Shown in pieces: positions 57,932 through 64,000 of a DNA stretch of 64,000 nt. Position numbers and translations under genes: made by a program. Every line of letters starts with the position of its first letter. The stretch's first letter is position 1. Under the pieces are notes generated by a model, which did no database searches, was not told the DNA's origin, and saw only the letters and a list, made by a program, of their open reading frames with translations. Origin of the DNA: Armatimonadota bacterium (GTDB taxonomy: Bacteria > Armatimonadota > SYMT01). The stretch spans positions 352,001 to 416,000 of the forward strand of contig JAWLHY010000001.1 of NCBI GenBank assembly GCA_041690135.1. Direction: 5' to 3'.

Positions 57932-58357
57932 CTACTTTTCGGCATCCGCTTCGAGCGAGCCGTGGCCTCCCGCGCGGCCCGCCCACCCCTGGAGTGGCTG
58001 GAGTTGTCTTAATCGCTCCGGCGTAGTGGCCAGGCGTTCCAGGCGCACCAGCAGGGCTTCGATCTCCAGCGTGTTGGCGCCGTAGAGCACCGGGTCGGGG
58101 TTCTCCTGGTCCCGTGCGTGTACGTGCTGGCGGTCGCGCAGCAGCAGGAGTGCCAGCAGGAGCTTTCGGTTAGCCTCCCAGTCTTCCGGATGCTCCAGTA
58201 CCGCCGCGCGTGCGGAATCGGCGGCAGCCTGCGCCTTTACCATCACCATGTTGCTCGCGGGTGAGTAGGGGGGGCGGGACGGCAGTGTCCACACTCGTAT
58301 CAGGGTTCCTACCCCCAACACACATACAGCCATTCCCAGAAACCAGGCCCGGTGCAT
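57932..58357 (-). CDS. Hypothetical protein with N-terminal membrane anchor
   Basis: GGAGG SD, hydrophobic N-terminus, TPR-like helix (LEHPEDWEANRKL). Confidence 0.55.
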   Translation of the reverse strand: MHRAWFLGMAVCVLGVGTLIRVWTLPSRPPYSPASNMVMVKAQAAADSARAAVLEHPEDWEANRKLLLALLLLRDRQHVHARDQENPDPVLYGANTLEIEALLVRLERLATTPERLRQLQPLQGWAGRAGGHGSLEADAEK

Positions 58358-58579
58358 CTGTGTGCCCTCCGAGTCTGTTAGGACGAACCGCCGAGCTTTT
58401 GGTTACGCGTAGCAGAGACTCACGTGCCAGACGTTCCGCGGAGGGGCGCATAGTAAGGGAGTGGGGTGAGGTGGGGAGCGAGGCGAGAGGGCCGCAGACC
58501 CTCTCTTGATGCCGTTCTCGGGAACATCTCGCCTCGACGGGTATAATCATTTCAACGTTCATTCACTCCGGGAGAAGCG

Positions 58580-59452
58580 ATGCTGCGCCTGAAAGACATT
58601 CCGCCGGAAGAGATGCCCGAAGTCGTGCGGGTCGCCAACGAGCTGTACGAGAAGGACCGCCGTCGCGCGGAGCAGGACCAGGAGCGCCGCAACTACGTGG
58701 ATGCCGCCGAAGAGCTCGGCGTACCCCCGGAGTACATGGAGCAAGCCGCGCAGGAGCTGCACCGCCGCCGCGTGGCGGAAGCCGAGGTTAAGAACCGGAG
58801 TAAGGTCTGGAAGTCGGTCGCCATCGGCGGGGGAGTGGGGGTGCTCACCGTCTTCCTGATGATGGGGATGTTCACCGTGCGGAGCGTCGAGACCGTGCCG
58901 GCTACGCCGGTTCAGCAGGTGGCGCAGGCACAGCCGGAGTTCCTCACCCAGGTAGCCCCCGAGACCTTCGATGCCGGCGCCGCCAACCGATGGACCTTCA
59001 CGATGAACCCGTCCACGCGGGCCACCACCACTTTTGAGGAGGAGGAGGGCCTGAGGCGTGGCGTCGCCGTGATCCGGGTGGAGCAGTTCGGCACGACCGG
59101 CGGACCCCACCGCGCCAACTTCGAGAGCATCCAAACCCCTCCCAGCCTGGCCGGGAAGAAGGAAATCCAGTTTGACCTGCGGGGCCAGGGATTAAAGAAC
59201 ATCCGGGTCTACCTGGAACGCGGCCAGAACGAGCGGTGGCGCTCGCCGGAATTGAAGATTCCCTCCGGCTGGCAATCGGTCCGCGTGCCGCTGGGCAACT
59301 TCCAGCACCAGGTCCACTCTGGAGGTCGCTGGCGCACCCGGGGCCGGGTACGTCCGGACCAGATCGACCGCGTCTCCTTCAAGCTGGGCGACTTCATGAA
59401 TGAGCCCAGTGCGAAGGGCGAGGTCCGGCTCGACAACGTCCGGTTCGAATGA
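58580..59452 (+). CDS. Single-TM protein with helical N-terminus and C-terminal CBM11/CIA30-like beta-sandwich
   Basis: AAEELGVPPEY helix, TM, IQFDLRG...WQSVRVPLGNF...VRLDNVRF; TATAAT at 58542-58547; ATGA overlap with the next gene. Confidence 0.75.
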   Translation: MLRLKDIPPEEMPEVVRVANELYEKDRRRAEQDQERRNYVDAAEELGVPPEYMEQAAQELHRRRVAEAEVKNRSKVWKSVAIGGGVGVLTVFLMMGMFTVRSVETVPATPVQQVAQAQPEFLTQVAPETFDAGAANRWTFTMNPSTRATTTFEEEEGLRRGVAVIRVEQFGTTGGPHRANFESIQTPPSLAGKKEIQFDLRGQGLKNIRVYLERGQNERWRSPELKIPSGWQSVRVPLGNFQHQVHSGGRWRTRGRVRPDQIDRVSFKLGDFMNEPSAKGEVRLDNVRFE

Positions 59453-61086
59453 GCCGGATCCGCTCTTCTGAGTGGGTCGCCCGCGTGGGCCCTGGAGACG
59501 GCCGAGCCCGCCTGGAGGCGGCTCTCGGTCCGGCGAGTGAGCTCCACTGCGGTCCCGGCTGGACCCTCGGACTCCGGACAGGCCCCGGAGAGCCCTGCCG
59601 GATAGGGGAAGTAGAGAGTGGTTTCGAGGTCCGCCTGGGCTACCCGGCGTGGTCGGGGAGTAATGTCCGGACCGACTCTACCGTTCCCGCTCTCCAGGCC
59701 CAGGGAGATCCGTTCGGGCTGTGCCCCGTCTACTATCGGTCCGCGGGCGGGGCGGGGGAGTGCGGCTCGTCGCTGGCGGTACTGCGGGCGGGAGACCGGA
59801 GTGCCTCCGCGCTGGACCCGGCGGCGCTGCACGGTTACCTCTGCTTCTCGCACGTGCCGGCGCCGCTCACACTGTTCGCGGGGTGCCGGACCGTGCCGGC
59901 CGGGGACCTCCTGCGGCTCACTCCCGGCGGCGTGGAGTTGGAGAGCGTTCCTCGCTGGACGGAGCGCGAGCCCCGGACCGCCGACCTCCCCGTCCTGGCG
60001 GCAGAGCTCCGGGAGCACCTGCGGAGGGCGGTCCGGCAGCAGTTGGGGGAAGAACGCGAGGCGGCGGTTTTCCTCTCGGGCGGTCTGGACAGCAGCCTGG
60101 TCGCGGCGCTCCTCGTGGAAGCCGGGATCCGGGTTCATCTCTTCACGCTCGACTTCGGTCCCCCGTGGGATGCGGAGCTGCCCCTGGCGCGGCAGGTGGC
60201 GGAGCACCTCGGTCGACCGCTGCATGGGGTCCCCGCTCGCGGGAAGGAGATCGCCGGCGCCCTGGAGCCGACCGCCGCCGCGCTGGAGCAGCCGTTCGGG
60301 GATGCGGTCACCGTGCCGCTCTACCTCCTCGGTCGAGCCGCCGCGCAGCACTGCTTTCTGGCGTTCAATGGGGAGGGTGGGGATCAGCTCTTCGGCGGCT
60401 GGACCAACAAGCCAATGATCGCGGCGGAGCTGTACGCCGGAGAGGGCTACGACCGCGTCGGCGCCTACCTGCAAACCTACCACCGCTTCTGGGGACGGAC
60501 GGAATCCCTTTACACCCGCCCCACGCGAGAGCGGGCCGCGCGCTGCGATCCGGCGGAGTGGGTGCGTCCGGCGCTGGAGGCTCCCGGATTCCGCTGCCTG
60601 CTGCACCGCCTGCGCGCGGCGAATCTGTGGCTGAAGGGGGCCCAGAACATCGCGCCGCGTTCCGTCCAACTCGCCGCCGTTCACGGCCTGCGCCTCCGGT
60701 CCCCCTTCTTCGATCCCGCTTTGACGGAGTGGACCTTTTCCCTGCCGCCGGAGGTGTTCTTGCAAGGCGCGTGTGAAAAGTACCTCCTGAAACGCGTGGC
60801 CGAGGCCTATCTTCCGGAGGAGGTCGTCTGGCGGGAGAAGCGCGGGATGGGCGTCCCCGCCTCGGACTGGTGCCTGGGACCCCTCAAGCGGCAGGTCGGA
60901 CACTACCTGCACCCGCGCCGCTTGAAGCGGGACGGCCTGTTCGAGCCGGCGTTCGTGGAAGCGCTCCGCCGCGGGCAGGATCAACCCGGCGAGTTCCGCT
61001 CGCGCCGCCTGGGCGAAAAGCTGTGGCTCCTGCTGATGCTGCACGCATGGGTCGAAGTGCACGGGATCCCCCTGGCGTTGCCTTGA
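59449..61086 (+). CDS. Asparagine synthetase-like (AsnB family) ATP-dependent amide ligase lacking the glutaminase Cys
   Basis: DPFGLCPVYY, PP-loop FLSGGLDSS, NGEGGDQLFGG, RSPFFD, EKYLLKR, REKRG. Confidence 0.88.
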   Translation: MSRIRSSEWVARVGPGDGRARLEAALGPASELHCGPGWTLGLRTGPGEPCRIGEVESGFEVRLGYPAWSGSNVRTDSTVPALQAQGDPFGLCPVYYRSAGGAGECGSSLAVLRAGDRSASALDPAALHGYLCFSHVPAPLTLFAGCRTVPAGDLLRLTPGGVELESVPRWTEREPRTADLPVLAAELREHLRRAVRQQLGEEREAAVFLSGGLDSSLVAALLVEAGIRVHLFTLDFGPPWDAELPLARQVAEHLGRPLHGVPARGKEIAGALEPTAAALEQPFGDAVTVPLYLLGRAAAQHCFLAFNGEGGDQLFGGWTNKPMIAAELYAGEGYDRVGAYLQTYHRFWGRTESLYTRPTRERAARCDPAEWVRPALEAPGFRCLLHRLRAANLWLKGAQNIAPRSVQLAAVHGLRLRSPFFDPALTEWTFSLPPEVFLQGACEKYLLKRVAEAYLPEEVVWREKRGMGVPASDWCLGPLKRQVGHYLHPRRLKRDGLFEPAFVEALRRGQDQPGEFRSRRLGEKLWLLLMLHAWVEVHGIPLALP

Positions 61087-61295
61087 GAGAGGAAGCATTC
61101 ATGCCCGCGAGCTTGCCCGTATGGGAACACACTGAAAGGCGCGGAAGAAGGCGAGCAATGCCCAAGTCTGCGGGTTTCCCGAGTGGAGCAAGGCACTTAC
61201 GCTGGTAAATCAATATCGTGGGAGTTTACGGAGGTAGAAACGCAGATGAGAAAATCGGGAATGTTTCGCGTTTTTCGCACTTTCGCGATTTCGTG

Positions 61296-61781
61296 ATGGC
61301 CCGCGCAGCGGTCGAGTCGGAAGCGGCCGAATTGGCTCCGCCGACACCTGTAAGGGCGGCTGAGAAGGCTGCGAGGCAAGATGCCGGGCAGGCTTTAGAC
61401 ACTGCCCGTGCGCTCGACCGTGCCCGGTACATCATCCGGGGCCGCTGGTACCGGGAGCGAATGGCAGCCGCCATGGCCATCCATGCGCGCATCAAATTGG
61501 TGACGAGTTGTATCCTGGGAGCGGGGATCCTGGCAACGATTTCCATCCCAGTGACCGTACCGGACTACGTTTTCCTAATTGCCCAGTATGTAGTTTGGAT
61601 CCCCTTGCTGTTCTTCGTGGCAGCGGTGCTGGCTGATCGCCTGGCTCGGATCTTGACGAAGGCTGCCGTCCGGCGCGTTCGAAACGCCGCGAGGAGTGAA
61701 GGTTTTGATATCGATAATCATGCCACCTATCCCTGGGAACGGGATGCCGCGAGAAGTAAGTGGATCGATTCCGGCTTTTGA
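61296..61781 (+). CDS. Hypothetical two-TM protein
   Basis: Two hydrophobic helices; lower GC than neighbours; start uncertain because the 5' end overlaps a repeat. Confidence 0.5.
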   Translation: MARAAVESEAAELAPPTPVRAAEKAARQDAGQALDTARALDRARYIIRGRWYRERMAAAMAIHARIKLVTSCILGAGILATISIPVTVPDYVFLIAQYVVWIPLLFFVAAVLADRLARILTKAAVRRVRNAARSEGFDIDNHATYPWERDAARSKWIDSGF

Positions 61782-61886
61782 ACGACTGATAATTCATCAC
61801 GGAGTGCTGATTGCCCACCCAATTGATCTGACCACCGGCGGGCGAGACGCCCGCGCTCCTAAAGCCCAACACCCGAACTCCTGACC

Positions 61887-63023
61887 ATGAAATGCATCCA
61901 CTGCAACACCGACTCGACTTATAAGGACCGGCAGGCGAACGACGGCCGGTGCAAGCAGTGCCGGCACCCCTTCGCCTTCGATCCCCGGGCCAACCCCGAA
62001 CACAAGATGTCGGATGGGCTCTTCCAGCGGGCGATCCTGGAGGTTTCCGAGAAGGGAACCCTATCGTTCACCGAAACGCAGCTCTACTACGAGGTCTGTC
62101 GCCGCCTGGACAAGAAGTTGAGCTGGTCCATGAACACCACCGGTGGGGTGCTGGCGGGTTTTGGTGGGTTCGGGGGTGTCGTGGCCTCCATCGTGATGGG
62201 GTCCTTCTGGCCCCTGTTCCTGATCAGTGCTCCCGCGCTGGTGGCGGGCATCGCTGTGAGCCGGATGAAGCCGAAGCAGTCGGTCCGCACACCGCCCCTG
62301 GAGTTACACGGCTTCCACGCCACCTACATGAAGCGGTGGGAAGAAGTCCACGGCGCGCCGGAGCGCCTGATGCGGTCGGCGGCGCCGGCGCCTCGGGCGG
62401 CACCCGGCGGGCCGGATCCCGTGGCCGGAGAGCCGGATCTGACGGCCTACAGCTTCGACCGGGCTCTGGTGACCCAATCGGCCGACCTGGCCGCGGCGCT
62501 GGTGGCCAACAACTTCCACTTCGAGAACAACTGCGCCATCCTGAGCCTCGACGGCTATCCCTTCGACCGCCGGGATACGATCCTGACGATGCTCCGCCGC
62601 AACCCGAGCCTCAAGGTGTTTGCCCTCCACGACGCATCTCCCCGTGGGTGTGAAATGGTCCACGCCCTCCGTGCCTCCACCTGGTTCCCCGAAACGACCG
62701 TCCAGATCATCGACCTGGGTCTGCGTCCCGCGCACGTGATGAAGAGCCGGATGTACGCGCACCAGGCCGCGGCGGGTGGGTTGACCCCCCAGTTGCGCAG
62801 CTACCTGCAAGGGGACGAGCTGGAGTGGCTTGACTCCGGCAAGGTCGCCTCGGTGCAGCAGTTCCGCCCGGCCCGCCTGATGCGCTCCATCTACCAGGGG
62901 TTCGCCCGCGCCAACCAGATGGGAGCCGACGGGTCGGTGGGGGACGCCGGCGTCGGCGACCCCGGCTTCATCTGGATCCACACCCCGATGGCGGACGTGT
63001 ATGCGGCGGACAGCTTCGGTTAG
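61887..63023 (+). CDS. Zn-ribbon, two-TM protein with Spo11/TopoVI-A-like CAP and TOPRIM motifs
   Basis: CIHC...CKQC; FTETQLYY; TM hairpin; NNFHFENNCAILSLDGYP, FALHDASPRG, IDLGLRP. Confidence 0.7.
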   Translation: MKCIHCNTDSTYKDRQANDGRCKQCRHPFAFDPRANPEHKMSDGLFQRAILEVSEKGTLSFTETQLYYEVCRRLDKKLSWSMNTTGGVLAGFGGFGGVVASIVMGSFWPLFLISAPALVAGIAVSRMKPKQSVRTPPLELHGFHATYMKRWEEVHGAPERLMRSAAPAPRAAPGGPDPVAGEPDLTAYSFDRALVTQSADLAAALVANNFHFENNCAILSLDGYPFDRRDTILTMLRRNPSLKVFALHDASPRGCEMVHALRASTWFPETTVQIIDLGLRPAHVMKSRMYAHQAAAGGLTPQLRSYLQGDELEWLDSGKVASVQQFRPARLMRSIYQGFARANQMGADGSVGDAGVGDPGFIWIHTPMADVYAADSFG

Positions 63024-64000
63024 ATGAAGAGTTTCGTCGGCGTCTACGGCGCTCCGGATCCTGCCGAAGCCTTGAGAAGAGCCGGTCACCCGGTGGGGTG
63101 GTCCGATGCCGAGGTGGCCTTCTCGGGGGCGGAGACCTGGGTCAGCCCGGACGGGGACCTGGTCGTAGCCGGGAAAGCGGTCCTCGATCCCCACGACGGC
63201 ACCCCGGGCGACCTGGCCTGTCCACGGACCTCTCCCTTCGAGCATTTCGGCGAGCTCTATCGCCGGTACGGACTGCAGGCTGCCCGCCACGCGCTCGGGA
63301 TGTTCGCCCTGGCCGTGTGGGACTGCCGGAGCCGCGAACTCCACCTCTTCCGGGATGCGACCGGGGCTCGCACCCTCTATCACGCGCAGCAGGGCCGGGA
63401 GTGCTGGTTCAGCACCCGGCTCCGGGTGCTGCGGCGCAGCCCGGCAGTCTCCGGGGAGCTCTCGCTTCCGGCGCTGCGGGCTTACCTGGCCCTGGCCTAT
63501 GTGCCGGGCGAGCTCACCATGTGGAAGGATGCCCGCGAGCTGCGCCCCGGGACGCTCCTCACACTCCCTTCCGGCCGGGTCACGACCTATTGGGAGCCCG
63601 AGGAAAGGGAGCCTGCCGAGGGGGAGACGCTGGAAAGCTGCGCCGGGCGGCTGCGTCCCCTGCTGGAGGAGTGCGTCCGGGTGCGCCTCCCGGCCAACGA
63701 AACCGAGCCCGTGGGGATCTATCTCTCCGGGGGGCTGGACAGCAGCCTGGTCGTGGCGCTGGCGGCGCGCCTCCACCGGGGGCCGGTACACACGTACGCC
63801 ATCCACTTCGGCCACGAATACCCGAACGAGCTCGTATTTTCCGACATGGTGGCCCGGCACTGCGGCACCCGTCATCAGGTGCTGGAGCTGCCGGCGCGGC
63901 TGATCCGCGACATGCTGGCGGAAACCCTGGCGGAGCTGGACGACCCGATTGGCGATCCTCTCACCGTGCCCAACTACCTGCTCGGCCAGGCCGCCCGGAT
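63024..64000 (+). CDS. Second AsnB-like amide ligase (truncated by the window end)
   Basis: Own translation: MKSFVGVYG..., GMFALAVWD, RDATGARTLY, IYLSGGLDSS, LDDPIGDPLTVPNY; ATG directly after the previous TAG. Confidence 0.88.
   Translation, partial: MKSFVGVYGAPDPAEALRRAGHPVGWSDAEVAFSGAETWVSPDGDLVVAGKAVLDPHDGTPGDLACPRTSPFEHFGELYRRYGLQAARHALGMFALAVWDCRSRELHLFRDATGARTLYHAQQGRECWFSTRLRVLRRSPAVSGELSLPALRAYLALAYVPGELTMWKDARELRPGTLLTLPSGRVTTYWEPEEREPAEGETLESCAGRLRPLLEECVRVRLPANETEPVGIYLSGGLDSSLVVALAARLHRGPVHTYAIHFGHEYPNELVFSDMVARHCGTRHQVLELPARLIRDMLAETLAELDDPIGDPLTVPNYLLGQAAR

Noticed and set aside
59449-64000. Lasso peptide biosynthetic cluster
   Set aside because: No precursor peptide, RRE/PqqD or B2 protease visible in the window; genes beyond 64000 cannot be seen
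1-64000. tRNA, rRNA, prophage or integrase
   Set aside because: No recognisable cloverleaf, rRNA signature or phage/integrase motifs found by eye

Overview
High-GC bacterial chromosomal window with about 42 protein-coding genes. I found no rRNA, tRNA or CRISPR array. The gene content (three DUF1559 prepilin-like proteins, DUF1501, DUF1080, a CRTAC1/TPR pair) resembles Armatimonadota or PVC-group bacteria; this is an inference. Housekeeping and metabolic genes include ggt, a nucleoside hydrolase, a SIS protein, an M20 peptidase, xylB, a TrmH methylase, lhr, a long RelA/SpoT, a PfkB kinase and a class III ADH. Intergenic DNA is crowded with repeats: a RAYT transposase flanked by a duplicated REPIN and a REP array, further REP families, a ~325 bp repeat family, oligomer tandem arrays carrying precise ~20 nt hairpin insertions, and a 169 bp tandem repeat. 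Top candidates for novelty: (1) a gene cluster at the right end with two glutaminase-deficient AsnB-like ligases and a Zn-ribbon, two-TM protein carrying Spo11/TopoVI-A-like CAP (QLYY) and TOPRIM motifs; (2) a stand-alone cyanophycin synthetase N-domain with an intact metal-hydrolase motif; (3) a ~56 nt small RNA candidate with its own promoter, operator palindrome and terminator. All family calls come from motif recognition by eye; no database searches were run.
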